A stretch of 64,000 bases of DNA from a virus, in the IMG/VR virus record IMGVR_UViG_3300032313_001035, one strand, 5' to 3'. The notes below the pieces were generated by a model. The model ran no database searches, was not told the origin of the DNA, and was given only the letters and a program-made list of their open reading frames with translations. Positions 29,150 through 39,983 of the stretch are shown here, piece by piece (position 1 is the first letter of the stretch; every line of letters begins with the position of its first letter). A program made the translations under genes and the position numbers.

Positions 29150-30555
29150 TAACATTGGATTACAAACCTTCTCGACGAATGGGTCAAGTTATCACTGATA
29201 GTGATACACTTGGAATTTTACGTAACCATTTTTCTGTAAAAAATGACGGCGCAGTATTTGCCAAACGTAAAGGTCAGAGATTTGTAAAAGATAGGAAGTA
29301 TGTCATAACACCAACTGGATTGTTCGATTTTGGCTTCTATGGTGAAATTATGAAATACCTTAGAGACCAACAGATCACCGATATTCAAATGACAGATGAC
29401 TTTAAAAAAAGATTAATCTGTGGAAAGAAAGTTGAATTTTGGGATGATCTCAAATACACTGCACGATACTATCAAAAAGATTCTATTTTGGATGGTTTGA
29501 AAAGAGGTTATGGTATTTTTCTACTCGCCACAGGTGCTGGTAAATCACTGGCACAGGCACTGTTAATTGAGAATTATTTGAGAAATTTTGATCGTCCCAA
29601 CTTTAAATGTTTGGTGATTGTTCCGGGTTTATCACTAGTGGAACAGTTGCAAAAAGATTTCAAAGAGTATGAAGTGACGTTCACATATTCTGGATGGACG
29701 GGTGATAACCCTTTGCAGGATACACAAGTTGTTATTTGCAATACACAGAATTTGAATAGTAAATTTTTGGAAAACGATTGGTTGATCGATGTTGATCTTT
29801 TGATTACTGATGAAGCACATGGAGTTAATAGTGATTCCAATCTTTCTAAAATTATTAACAAAATCCATACACCAAATAAATTTGGATTTACTGGAACTTT
29901 ATCAGATAAATTGATAGATAGATGGAAAACCATCGGTATATTTGGTCCTGTTATTTATGAAAAATCTTCTAAAGAGTTGAGAGATGAGAATTTCTTATCA
30001 AATGTTGAAGTTCATGTGATCAAACTACTACACCAAAACCCTCATAAATTTAAATATAAGCAAGAATTGGAATATTTATATGAAAACGAAAAAAGGAACC
30101 AACTTATTGGTAAACTTGTTGACAAACTTGAGAACAATATTCTTATCATGGTTAATCATCTTAATCATGGAGATAATTTACTATCTGTATTGTCTGATAG
30201 ATTTTGTGGACGTGTATTTTTTGTCAAAGGTGAAATGGCGGTCGAAGAAAGATTGAAAATCATACAGATGATGGAAGATCGAAATGATATCATTTGCATT
30301 GCAATGTCTTCTATATTTTCCACGGGTATTAACATCAAAAATCTCCCTAATATTTTATTTGTAGGGTTGGGTAAAAGTTATATCAGAGTGGTGCAATCAA
30401 TCGGTAGGGGTCTTCGTCTACACGAAAATAAACACAAACTTAGAATTTTCGATGTTTGTGACAACACGAGATACTCAACCTCTCATGCGGAATATCGTCA
30501 AAATATTTACAGTGATGAAGAAATCCAATGGAAGGAGAAAACTATTAATTTATGA
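29146..30555 (+). CDS. uvsW: UvsW SF2 helicase
   Basis: RYYQ, ATGAGKSL, DEAH, GFTGT, FSTGINIKNL, QSIGRGLR. Confidence 0.95.
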   Translation: MITLDYKPSRRMGQVITDSDTLGILRNHFSVKNDGAVFAKRKGQRFVKDRKYVITPTGLFDFGFYGEIMKYLRDQQITDIQMTDDFKKRLICGKKVEFWDDLKYTARYYQKDSILDGLKRGYGIFLLATGAGKSLAQALLIENYLRNFDRPNFKCLVIVPGLSLVEQLQKDFKEYEVTFTYSGWTGDNPLQDTQVVICNTQNLNSKFLENDWLIDVDLLITDEAHGVNSDSNLSKIINKIHTPNKFGFTGTLSDKLIDRWKTIGIFGPVIYEKSSKELRDENFLSNVEVHVIKLLHQNPHKFKYKQELEYLYENEKRNQLIGKLVDKLENNILIMVNHLNHGDNLLSVLSDRFCGRVFFVKGEMAVEERLKIIQMMEDRNDIICIAMSSIFSTGINIKNLPNILFVGLGKSYIRVVQSIGRGLRLHENKHKLRIFDVCDNTRYSTSHAEYRQNIYSDEEIQWKEKTINL

Positions 30556-30998
30556 ATAAAGAATTGAAAGAACGTTATTATGTGAGCTCGAAAGAGTTTC
30601 GGAAATTATTGACCGAATATTATGGAAATGATAAAATGACAAATGACTTGGCGATGAATATTGTCAAAATCGCTGAAGGATTATCATATAATCATCGCTT
30701 CATTAGATATTCTAAAAGCTGGAAAGAAGAAATGGTCGGTGATGCTATAGTCAAAATGTATCATGCTTTAGAGAAAAAGTTATATAACATTGAATCTGAT
30801 TTCAACCCATTCTCATATTTTAATAGAATTGCATGGAACGCATTTACCAATAGAATTAATAAAGAAAAAGGTCAACACGATGGCTTGAACGAGTATAGAG
30901 ACATGGTTTATATGGACACTATGTCTGGTCCTGACTCTATGGGACACGTTTACGTCAAACCGATTATCGAAGGTGACGAATATGACGATGAATTTTGA
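30552..30998 (+). CDS. gp55: Late-transcription sigma factor gp55
   Basis: YVSSKEF, KIAEGLSY..RF..Y..WKEEMVGDA, NPFSYF..IAWNAF..RI.KEK. Confidence 0.92.
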   Translation: MNKELKERYYVSSKEFRKLLTEYYGNDKMTNDLAMNIVKIAEGLSYNHRFIRYSKSWKEEMVGDAIVKMYHALEKKLYNIESDFNPFSYFNRIAWNAFTNRINKEKGQHDGLNEYRDMVYMDTMSGPDSMGHVYVKPIIEGDEYDDEF

Positions 30999-31143
30999 GC
31001 ATATAGTAATTTCTATAGCAGCGGTATTGTATTTTACAGTCGGTGTGGTATACTGTCTCAAACAACAATGGGCATGGGGACTCACATGGTTCTGTTATGC
31101 GTTCGCCAATGTTGGTTTAATCCTAGCATCTAAACACATTTAA
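30988..31143 (+). CDS. Small two-helix membrane protein (51 aa, not in ORF track)
   Basis: MNFEHIVISIAAVLYFTVGVVYCLKQQWAWGLTWFCYAFANVGLILASKHI. Confidence 0.7.
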   Translation: MNFEHIVISIAAVLYFTVGVVYCLKQQWAWGLTWFCYAFANVGLILASKHI

Positions 31144-31186
31144 TTGAATGTGTTGAAACAATAACATACAAATCCTTACACAACAC

Positions 31187-32206
31187 ATGATAAAAAAAAC
31201 AAAGACTGCAATATTCTCAGACCTTCATCTAGGACTGTATGGTAACTCCTCGGATTGGCATACGGTCGCATTAAATTGGGCAGACTGGATTGTATCTGAT
31301 TTGAAAAGTAAAAAAATTCAAGATGTATTTTTTCTTGGTGATTTTTTCCACAATCGAAGCGAAATCTCGGTTCAAACTATTCATGTTGCATCAGAATTGA
31401 TTTCCAAATTCAAAGATTTTAATATGTTCATGATCGTGGGTAATCACGATGCATATTACAAAAATCGTTCTGATGTGCATAGTTTGGGGTTTCTAAAAGG
31501 ACATGACAACATTACAATTGTTGATGAGAACTTAACGGTCGATGCATTTGGTAAAAAATTATTATTTGTTCCTTGGAATCACGAATTACCAGATGGTAAA
31601 TTTGATTATATCTTCGGTCATTTTGAGATACAAACATTCAAAATGAATAACTTCAAAGTATGCGATCACGGTTTGCAAGTTATAGATTTATTGGGCGCTA
31701 GAACCAACACCGTGTTTTCAGGACACTTTCATCTTAAAAGCACTAAGAAATATAATGAGGGTTGTATTCATTATGTTGGCAACACATTTCATCATGATTT
31801 CAATGACTCTGGTGATGCCAAAGGATATCATATTCTAAACTTAGAGACTGGTGATTTAGAATTTGTCGAGAACACTGTATCCCCACGGTTTGTCAAAATC
31901 TTATTATCCAAAATTAAAAATTACAAAGCCGAAGATATCAAAGGTAACATTGTCAAACTAATCATTGACAAAGATATTGATGATGATAAAGTAAACAAAT
32001 TCAAAATTTATCTAAGCAATTTCGCACCGTTTCGATTGACCGTCGAATACAATGTGACAACAAAAACAATTGGTGACGTAGAACAAATTGATTCTATCGA
32101 TATTCTCGGAATGTTTGATGAATTTTATGAACAATTGTCTCTCGATGCTGATAAATTAGAGAGAGTTAAAAAAATAAACGACGAACTATACGAAAAGTGT
32201 AAATGA
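31187..32206 (+). CDS. gp47: Recombination nuclease gp47 (Mre11/SbcD-like)
   Basis: SDLHLG, LGDFFH, GNHD, GHFE, SGHFH. Confidence 0.95.
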   Translation: MIKKTKTAIFSDLHLGLYGNSSDWHTVALNWADWIVSDLKSKKIQDVFFLGDFFHNRSEISVQTIHVASELISKFKDFNMFMIVGNHDAYYKNRSDVHSLGFLKGHDNITIVDENLTVDAFGKKLLFVPWNHELPDGKFDYIFGHFEIQTFKMNNFKVCDHGLQVIDLLGARTNTVFSGHFHLKSTKKYNEGCIHYVGNTFHHDFNDSGDAKGYHILNLETGDLEFVENTVSPRFVKILLSKIKNYKAEDIKGNIVKLIIDKDIDDDKVNKFKIYLSNFAPFRLTVEYNVTTKTIGDVEQIDSIDILGMFDEFYEQLSLDADKLERVKKINDELYEKCK

Positions 32207-33990
32207 AAAGTATCAATTTTAAAACGTTAAAGGGGCAAAATTTCCTCAGTATTGGCAACGATCAAATTAATATCGATTTTCAATCTGGGTTCAATCTAAT
32301 CACTGGTAAAAATATCGATAATCCTGATAGAGTTAACGGTATTGGAAAATCTAGTATAGCTGAATTGTTTTACTATGCTCTTTTCGGTAAAACAATTCGT
32401 GAGCTAAAAAAAGAGTTTATCATCAATAATGTCACCAAAGGCAAAGGTGCTATAGAACTCACGTTTGATGTAAAAACTGAAAACGATGTTCAATCATATA
32501 CTGTAAAACGTCAGGTTAAACCTAGCTCAGTGACCTTGCTACAAGGTGATGTTGATATTACAAAAGATTCTATCGCTAACACTGATAAATTCATATGTGA
32601 TTTAATAGACTCGAATGCTATCATTTCTCGTAGTTGTGATATATTATCATTATCTGATAACATTCCTTTCATGGCTAAAAAACCAGAAGAGAAGAGAAAA
32701 TTTATCAATGATATTTTCTCTCTGGAAATTTTTGGCAAAATGAGTAATGAACTTAAAAATCTTATACGAGACAATAAGAATGATACTAATGTTTCCAGTG
32801 CCAAATTGGAGGAAATCAATAATACATTAGATACTCTAAATGCTCAACAAGCGGATTATGAGAAAAAATTAGCTGAAAGAGAACAACTTCTCGAACAAAA
32901 AAGAAATGATATTACTAATAAAATCAAAGATATCACAAAATCTATTTCTGCTATAGAAATTTTGGATGTTTCTGAGATATCAAACGAACAAGACAAATAT
33001 CACGAAGCATGGAGAAAATTAGATGGCAAAATCGGGCAAATTAACCACGAGATATCTACTAAAGAGACGCTGCGCCGTTTAAAAATTAATCAAATAAATT
33101 CTGTATCATCTGTCGATATCACTGTCCAATGTGATAAGTGTTTGCAAGATGTTCCTCATACACATATTGAGCATTTGGAAAAACTCAAAGCTCAATATAT
33201 CGAAGAACGAGATGCTATAGATCAAGAAATTAAACAGTTGAATAGTGATAAGCAACAGTATCATGATAAAAAAGGACGCATTCAAAATAAAATTGCCGAA
33301 TTACAAGAACAAATCAATACTTCTAAGTTGAATCGTCAAAAATTGGAAGCTTTTCAAAGACAAATAGAACAATATCAAGAGTCATTGGATAATTTAAAAT
33401 TGGAAGAATTACCCAAGCCAAATTTTGAGGAAAGTATTAATAATACTGAAAAGCGTAAAGTGATTGAAGGTGAAAATCTTAAATTATTGAAGCAAAAATC
33501 TCAGGATTATGATGTTTGTAAATTTGTTCTCAGTGAAGAAGGTGTGAGAAGTTTTGTCGTTAAGCGTTTATTATCGATGATGAACGCTAGTATCCAACAA
33601 TATATAAATGATTTGGGTATGAGCATTCGCTGCAAATTCAATGAATACTTTGACGAACAATTGTCGAACGATAAGGGAATTGAGATATCATATTGGAATC
33701 TAAGTGGCGGCGAAAGACGAACTGTCGATTTAGCATGCGCTTGGGCATTCAAAGATTTGAAACGCAAAATTTCTGGAGTTTCATCGAATGTTGAATTTTT
33801 CGACGAATATCTCGACTCGACACTTGACTCAACTGGTATTGATAAATTGATCGAACAAATCAAATGCCGAATCGACAAATATAATTTGTCTGTATACGTC
33901 ATCTCGCATCGTGTTGAGACTAACAAACATGTTACAGGTGAAATAGTTGAATTGGTTAAAGAAAATGGTATAACCAGACGAATAGCTTGA
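32203..33990 (+). CDS. gp46: Recombination ATPase gp46 (Rad50/SbcC-like)
   Basis: NFLSIGN, NGIGKSS, CDKC hook, LSGGE, FFDE..DSTLD, ISH. Confidence 0.95.
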   Translation: MKSINFKTLKGQNFLSIGNDQINIDFQSGFNLITGKNIDNPDRVNGIGKSSIAELFYYALFGKTIRELKKEFIINNVTKGKGAIELTFDVKTENDVQSYTVKRQVKPSSVTLLQGDVDITKDSIANTDKFICDLIDSNAIISRSCDILSLSDNIPFMAKKPEEKRKFINDIFSLEIFGKMSNELKNLIRDNKNDTNVSSAKLEEINNTLDTLNAQQADYEKKLAEREQLLEQKRNDITNKIKDITKSISAIEILDVSEISNEQDKYHEAWRKLDGKIGQINHEISTKETLRRLKINQINSVSSVDITVQCDKCLQDVPHTHIEHLEKLKAQYIEERDAIDQEIKQLNSDKQQYHDKKGRIQNKIAELQEQINTSKLNRQKLEAFQRQIEQYQESLDNLKLEELPKPNFEESINNTEKRKVIEGENLKLLKQKSQDYDVCKFVLSEEGVRSFVVKRLLSMMNASIQQYINDLGMSIRCKFNEYFDEQLSNDKGIEISYWNLSGGERRTVDLACAWAFKDLKRKISGVSSNVEFFDEYLDSTLDSTGIDKLIEQIKCRIDKYNLSVYVISHRVETNKHVTGEIVELVKENGITRRIA

Positions 33991-34019
33991 CAAAATAGAT
34001 TGTAGAAATATATAATATC

Positions 34020-35225
34020 ATGTTTCTACAATCTCCTTTTGCAGCATCGCCGTTCGTATCACCATTTCCACAAAATGGAATACAAATTTCTCAGCCTATT
34101 AAACCTGTTGAAAAAGGCAATACTTATTTGAATTTTTTAGCTGACCGACAAGGGTGTGGTCAATGGCGAATCGGATGGGCTGAACATCATATCAATATGT
34201 CAAATATGGGCGAATCTACGTCCGTGACGAAAATGATTTTTGATAAAGGATGGTATCGTGATATTAAAACCATCAAATTGCAGCGTCAGGCATCTACAAT
34301 GCAAAAAGAATTTTTCCAATTTCTTAAAAGTATTCAAGAAGAAATGGGATTCAAAATAATTTACGAAGTTGATGATGTCGTCTTTTACGAAGAAATACCT
34401 GACTATAATATTTTTAAAGAATCATTTGCCAATGACGAGGTGAGACAGAATTGTGTTGACATGATTAGAATGGCTGATGAAGTTACTGTCACATGTAAAT
34501 ACATGCGAGATCTATTCATCGAGAAAACTGGACAATTTAAAACTTCAGTAGTTCCAAATTTCCCACCCGAATGGTGGATCGGACATCAATATGATTATAA
34601 TAAGATCGTCCATACTCACACAAAACACAAAAATCGACCAAGAATTTTATATTCTGGTTCAGGTGCTCACTTCGATGTTAAAAATATCACCAACCAGCAG
34701 GACGATTTTTCACACGTGATAAAATTTATAGTTGATAATCGATATAAATATCAATTTATTTTCATCGGTTCTTACCCACCACCTCTACATAAATATATCG
34801 AAAATAAAGAAATTGAATTTTATCCATGGCAAACATTGATGAACTACCCAACATTTATTTCGTCTTTGAATGTTCAGATGATGTTGGCTCCTTTGATGGA
34901 TATACCTTTCAACAGGTCAAAATCTGATATTAAATATATCGAAGGTGCTTGTTTGGGTATTCCTTGTATGTGCCAAGACATGGTGACATATCAGGATGCT
35001 CCAGATTTCCTCAAATTTAAAGATTCGGAAGACTTGGCAGTAAAGACTGAATATCTCTTAAACTGGAAAAATAGTAAAAAATATTATCAACTTGTAAAAG
35101 AATTGAGAAAATTGGGAGAAACTAGATTTTTAGAAAGACCAGAGAATATCGGCGCATTCATGGAAGCACTGAATACTCCTCATGGCGATCTCAGTAGAAA
35201 ATATTTGAGACCTTGGAATGATTAA
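34020..35225 (+). CDS. GT-B fold glycosyltransferase inside the replication module
   Basis: IYEVDD, ADEVTVT, VVPN, YSGSGAH, LAPL..FNRSKSDIKYIE..GIP. Confidence 0.8.
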   Translation: MFLQSPFAASPFVSPFPQNGIQISQPIKPVEKGNTYLNFLADRQGCGQWRIGWAEHHINMSNMGESTSVTKMIFDKGWYRDIKTIKLQRQASTMQKEFFQFLKSIQEEMGFKIIYEVDDVVFYEEIPDYNIFKESFANDEVRQNCVDMIRMADEVTVTCKYMRDLFIEKTGQFKTSVVPNFPPEWWIGHQYDYNKIVHTHTKHKNRPRILYSGSGAHFDVKNITNQQDDFSHVIKFIVDNRYKYQFIFIGSYPPPLHKYIENKEIEFYPWQTLMNYPTFISSLNVQMMLAPLMDIPFNRSKSDIKYIEGACLGIPCMCQDMVTYQDAPDFLKFKDSEDLAVKTEYLLNWKNSKKYYQLVKELRKLGETRFLERPENIGAFMEALNTPHGDLSRKYLRPWND

Positions 35226-35503
35226 TTTCTAGTGAACTCGGAATATTGAGCTAGAGTTGGTCGAAGGCGTTCAAACATCGCTTTTAAATTGTCATACGGT
35301 GTCTTATTTGAAGGATTTTCGAAAAATCTCTCTCTGTTGTTTTGATAATAAGCTATTGTTCCTTTTAAATATTTTTCAATATATGATGAAATTTCATTCA
35401 TTTCAGCTTTCATCTTTTCGGTCAAAGCGTCATAATTATCGTATGATGATTGAAAATCCATACTCTCATAAATCTTGCTCAAATCTTCGAAATAATTATC
35501 CAT
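35222..35503 (-). CDS. Small late protein
   Basis: MDNYFEDLSKIYES; TAAATA-N5-ATG. Confidence 0.7.
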   Translation of the reverse strand: MDNYFEDLSKIYESMDFQSSYDNYDALTEKMKAEMNEISSYIEKYLKGTIAYYQNNRERFFENPSNKTPYDNLKAMFERLRPTLAQYSEFTRN

Positions 35504-35564
35504 AACATTATTTATCTTAAATGATGACTTTTTAAAACATGTGGTAAATAGGGTCGATTACTAT

Positions 35565-36968
35565 TTATCGGCTTATCTCTTCCCAGTCCATTGAAGCATA
35601 AACGTCATCTCCATTGTCTCTACTAGCAACAGCTAGAGTAAGTTCATAAGCTGTATTAGTAAATGAATTTCTTTCCAATTGGAATTTAAACAAGGCTTCT
35701 TTCAAGATATCTGTGGTAATGGTCGTTGAATTACTGGAAGTTAAAAAGCCAGATGCCAATACTCGTCCACCTGTTATACTAGTTGCATCAAGTTTATATT
35801 CAACACCTGAGTTATCACCTGCAGAAACCCAACCAGCGCCACCTGCTGTTACACCACTAGCAATAACACGCCAGTTATATACACCCGTTCCAACACCCAT
35901 TATAGATAACGCTGTTAAAATAACAATAGCATCTAATCTAGTGGACTTTAAACGTATTGTAACAACGGGTATATACGCACTAGCATTACCAAGATCTCTC
36001 GGATTTTCAATATCTGTACCAACTGCTTGCTGTATACCTCTTAGTTCGTAACCACCTTCGGAAATAACTGAACTGCAAACTTGCTTCAATTTACTCGGGC
36101 CTGAAGTTGCAGCTTTATTCTCAATTTCATATCTAAGCGGTAATGATGCAGTTGTAATGTATGTTGAATCAATTAAGTTAGCGTGATGGAAGTAATGACA
36201 AGGTACAAACCGACCATTGATAACAAATCCTGTTCTCACAGTACCTAATCCAAGCCATTCGATATCCATCCATAAAATTTGAGCCTTTGTAATATCGAGA
36301 GTGAGTCCAGATGGTCCTGAACCATCCAAGCGATCTACATTCCATTGTGATTGCGAGATACGGCTCTCCACAAGTGAACCTGTTGTAATACTACGCTCAA
36401 CCATGGATAGTGTACTACCGTCTAGTTCTAAGTAGATTCCATTATCAACACCAAAATAACCGACACGTTGTCTCAGATTTGTTTTAGCTTGGTTGAATGT
36501 AAATGTATTTAAAACTTGTAAACTCTTACCAGGTTGATAAGAAAATACTTTTGTAGTTTCGCGGTATATTTTAGAACCGCTTAGTGCATCAACCTTTAAC
36601 TCTACAAGACCTTGTGTTTGAACAAATTGAGAGGAAGCAGAGGTTGTCGTAGTTCCACCTGTAAGTGTTGACCAAAGGTTGTTATCTGTATATCTATGCG
36701 ATGAGTCGAAAAGAGTTAAGGGGCTCGATGTTCTTGTTCTACCGAACGCATCACTAGCCATATTGAAATTACCCGTATAGTCGGTAGCAGTATCATCGAT
36801 ATTTTTTACCAAAACTGCATATTTTGGATATTCAATTATTCGAACAGGACCAAAAGATGGATCTGTTATTGCCGATGTTGCTGGAAATCTAGCATCATTT
36901 ACGATTTCAACAAATTTTCCGCTTTCGGTATTTGCAGCATTTGTCCACACTTTGGTATTGATTGGCAT
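35565..36968 (-). CDS. Beta-rich virion structural protein
   Basis: DAFGRTRTSSPLTLFDS, YQPGKS, DIEWLGLG, LPLRYEI; TAAATA-N5-ATG. Confidence 0.75.
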   Translation of the reverse strand: MPINTKVWTNAANTESGKFVEIVNDARFPATSAITDPSFGPVRIIEYPKYAVLVKNIDDTATDYTGNFNMASDAFGRTRTSSPLTLFDSSHRYTDNNLWSTLTGGTTTTSASSQFVQTQGLVELKVDALSGSKIYRETTKVFSYQPGKSLQVLNTFTFNQAKTNLRQRVGYFGVDNGIYLELDGSTLSMVERSITTGSLVESRISQSQWNVDRLDGSGPSGLTLDITKAQILWMDIEWLGLGTVRTGFVINGRFVPCHYFHHANLIDSTYITTASLPLRYEIENKAATSGPSKLKQVCSSVISEGGYELRGIQQAVGTDIENPRDLGNASAYIPVVTIRLKSTRLDAIVILTALSIMGVGTGVYNWRVIASGVTAGGAGWVSAGDNSGVEYKLDATSITGGRVLASGFLTSSNSTTITTDILKEALFKFQLERNSFTNTAYELTLAVASRDNGDDVYASMDWEEISR

Positions 36969-37004
36969 ATTTATATTTAATCATCTAATGAAATTAATAT
37001 AATA

Positions 37005-37032
37005 TTGACTTCTGCATTTTATGATTTACAAT
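37005..37032 (+). promoter_or_regulatory. Sigma70-like promoter of gp43
   Basis: TTGACT-N16-TACAAT, 6 nt before ATG 37039. Confidence 0.7.
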
Positions 37033-37038
37033 TTTTCT

Positions 37039-39564
37039 ATGTATAGAAATTGTGTTTACAACAACCGTGAGAAAAAGGTATTTCTCTGGACGTGGAACGA
37101 TAGAGGCGAGAGAGTAAAGGAGGAATGGGATTTCAAACCATACATCCTCTTGGAAGATAAGAACGGTGATGAAAAATCTATTTACGGCACTAAACTAAAA
37201 AAGAAAGAATTTGATTCTGGATATGATAGAAATCAATTCATAAAGGATAGCAACATCAAAAGAATTTATGAGAATCTACCACCCTATCAGCAATATCTGA
37301 TTGATAACTACTGGTCGATTTGCGAAAACGATGAGTTTTCACAATATCCATTAAAAGTCGCTTATTTAGATTTGGAAAACCCGAAAGCCGATGGTTTTCC
37401 AGACCCCGAATTAGCAGATTCTGTCATTAATTTGATCACTTGTTATGATTCATTCAGCAAAATCTATCATGTATTTGGTTTGAAAAATTTCCATACGACG
37501 AGAGATGATGTGAAATATTATTGGTGTAAATCCGAACACGATTTGTTAAAATCTTTTATCAAATTCTTCAGAAAAGAAGAGTTCGATGTCATCACATCAT
37601 GGAACGGTGCAGCATATGATATACCTACATTGGTGAACCGTATCACATTTGAATTGGGTAAAGAATGGGCTGACAAATTATCACCAATTGGTAGGATTTA
37701 TGAAAAGACAAATCCTACAGGTAAATTTGGTATGCCTACAAAAGAATATGTCATCGAGGGTATTTCGTCGTTGGACTACTATGTAATATATCAGAAATTT
37801 AATCTGGAAAAACAAGAGTCGTATAAACTCGATCATATCGGAGAGGTAGAACTCGGCATTAACAAAATCCAACACGAAGGTAATTTGTGGGAACTTTCCA
37901 AAAACGATTGGTATACTTACACCAACTACAACATACGAGACGTTGAAATTTTGGTGAAACTGGAAGAGAAAAAGGGTTACATTTCACTATTACGTTTCCT
38001 CGCATACACAGGATTGTGTGATTTAGAAAATGCTATCAAGACCGTCCCTCCTATGAATGGAGCTATCGCCATACGTGCGCGTATGCGCGGGGAGTATATT
38101 CCTACTTTCATACGTCCAGTCACTGACTACAAAGCACCAGGTGGATACGTAGCAGAGCCACGTATTGGATTTGCTGAAGATATTGTATCATTCGATGCCA
38201 ATTCACTATACCCATCTGTAATGATATCTTTGAATTTATCACCAGAGACTAAAATAGGTAGGGTTGAAAAAATTAATGATGTTATCAAAATTCATCATGT
38301 ATCAGGTCGAATTTTTGAGATGTCTTCGGATAATTTTAAGAAATATATCGCCGAAGAAAAAGCATCATTAACAAAAGCTGGTTTCTTATTCTCACAGAAA
38401 AAAGTTGGATTGGTTCCCGAATTCTTGGATAACCTTTACACCAAACGTAAAGAAATGAAGGGTAAAATGTTGGATTGTCGAAAAAAAGGCGATAAAGAGG
38501 GCGAACAAAAATTCGATACTATTCAATACGCCTATAAAATTCACCTTAATTCTTTATATGGTTACATGTTAAACAAATATGCCCCCATGGGTGATGAAGA
38601 CATAGGAACATCTGTTACTCTGACTGGTCAAGCTGTAATCAAAAAGAGTAATGAGTTATTTTTGGAATACATGACTCAAAAGTTGGACACCACTGTCGAT
38701 ATTGAAAAATCATTGATTTACAATGATACTGATGCTCTTTATGTATCATTGAGCATGTTGAAAGCTAAAGGTTTGGTGTTGAAAGATGGTGATAAGGTAT
38801 CAACAGAATTTTACAAGGAGTGTCAGGATATTGAAAATCATATCAATAGCGGTATTAACAAATGGGCTATCAAGAGTTTGAGAAGTAATGACCCTAGATT
38901 TGTATTCAAACGTGAATCCATTTGTGACCGTGGTATCTTTATTGGTAAGAAATACTACGTCCTACACACCCTTGACGAAGAAGGTGTTGTTACTGATAAA
39001 TTCAAATATAAAGGCGTTGATGTTGTTAAAACTACTATGCCTAAAAAGGTCAAACCATATGTCAAGAAAGTCATCGAGCATATGATTCTGTCAAAATCGT
39101 TGAAAGAAACAAACGACATCTTCAACGAAGCATATGAAGCATTTAAAAATTTATCAATTGAGGAAATATCCAAAATATCTGGTATGAATAACTATGCAGA
39201 ATATTCTGCAAGATGTAATGGTATGACAACCTGTAAAGGTATGCCATCTCATTTGAAAGCGGCATACTATCACGATTTAATTTTAGACCAAGTTGGATTG
39301 GCATCGAAATATGATAAATTTAAAACTGGTGATAAGGTTCGAATTGTGTATGTCAAAAAGCCCAATCGTTATGATATTGATATGATAGGATTTAAAGACC
39401 GATGGATATCAGAATATGATAATATTTTTAAGGTGGATTATGAAAAGATGTTTGGTAAAATATTCTATGCCGCCATCGAAAGATTTTATAATGCTGTAGG
39501 GTGGACATTGCGAAAACCTACTGAAAACTTAGTAGCGGAAATCGAAGATATTTTCGGAGAATAA
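37039..39564 (+). CDS. gp43: Family B DNA polymerase gp43
   Basis: Exo I-III (DLE, WNG..YD, YNIRD), DANSLYPS, KIHLNSLYG, YNDTD, KKYY; start 37039 after promoter; no intein or intron seen. Confidence 0.97.
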   Translation: MYRNCVYNNREKKVFLWTWNDRGERVKEEWDFKPYILLEDKNGDEKSIYGTKLKKKEFDSGYDRNQFIKDSNIKRIYENLPPYQQYLIDNYWSICENDEFSQYPLKVAYLDLENPKADGFPDPELADSVINLITCYDSFSKIYHVFGLKNFHTTRDDVKYYWCKSEHDLLKSFIKFFRKEEFDVITSWNGAAYDIPTLVNRITFELGKEWADKLSPIGRIYEKTNPTGKFGMPTKEYVIEGISSLDYYVIYQKFNLEKQESYKLDHIGEVELGINKIQHEGNLWELSKNDWYTYTNYNIRDVEILVKLEEKKGYISLLRFLAYTGLCDLENAIKTVPPMNGAIAIRARMRGEYIPTFIRPVTDYKAPGGYVAEPRIGFAEDIVSFDANSLYPSVMISLNLSPETKIGRVEKINDVIKIHHVSGRIFEMSSDNFKKYIAEEKASLTKAGFLFSQKKVGLVPEFLDNLYTKRKEMKGKMLDCRKKGDKEGEQKFDTIQYAYKIHLNSLYGYMLNKYAPMGDEDIGTSVTLTGQAVIKKSNELFLEYMTQKLDTTVDIEKSLIYNDTDALYVSLSMLKAKGLVLKDGDKVSTEFYKECQDIENHINSGINKWAIKSLRSNDPRFVFKRESICDRGIFIGKKYYVLHTLDEEGVVTDKFKYKGVDVVKTTMPKKVKPYVKKVIEHMILSKSLKETNDIFNEAYEAFKNLSIEEISKISGMNNYAEYSARCNGMTTCKGMPSHLKAAYYHDLILDQVGLASKYDKFKTGDKVRIVYVKKPNRYDIDMIGFKDRWISEYDNIFKVDYEKMFGKIFYAAIERFYNAVGWTLRKPTENLVAEIEDIFGE

Positions 39565-39586
39565 TAAAACCGTGATAAATAGTTGT

Positions 39587-39952
39587 ATGGAATTTACAAA
39601 TTTATTTGAAAAACTTATGACAAAACTTACGGATACTATGTTCCCTACTTTTGTTAAAAAAAGAGCAGATGGTGCTAAAAAAATAGAAGATGCTGCTAGA
39701 AGCAAAGGGATGTATGCTATCCTTACTGCATACCATTTTGCGGGTAAAGTCAAACCTTATGCTGATGCTTTAAAGAAAGCTGCAAAAGAAGATAAAGAAT
39801 CTCACTTTAAAGCCAAGTATGAGGAAGCTTATGACAAACTTAAAGATTTAGATTCTCTTTCACAAAAAGATTTTCAAATGATTACGGGAACTTTGGAAGC
39901 ATACGGTGAAGTTTACATTCAAGCAAATAAACCAAAAGATTATTCAAAATAA
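39587..39952 (+). CDS. Hypothetical late protein
   Basis: MEFTNLFEKL at 39587, TAAATA-N5. Confidence 0.7.
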   Translation: MEFTNLFEKLMTKLTDTMFPTFVKKRADGAKKIEDAARSKGMYAILTAYHFAGKVKPYADALKKAAKEDKESHFKAKYEEAYDKLKDLDSLSQKDFQMITGTLEAYGEVYIQANKPKDYSK

Positions 39953-39983
39953 ATAAAAAAAAATATTTGAGATAAATATATAT

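Noticed and set aside
37039-39564. Intein, intron or inactive polymerase (YNDTDA instead of YGDTDS)
   Set aside because: Length is normal and the catalytic DTD and exonuclease motifs are intact
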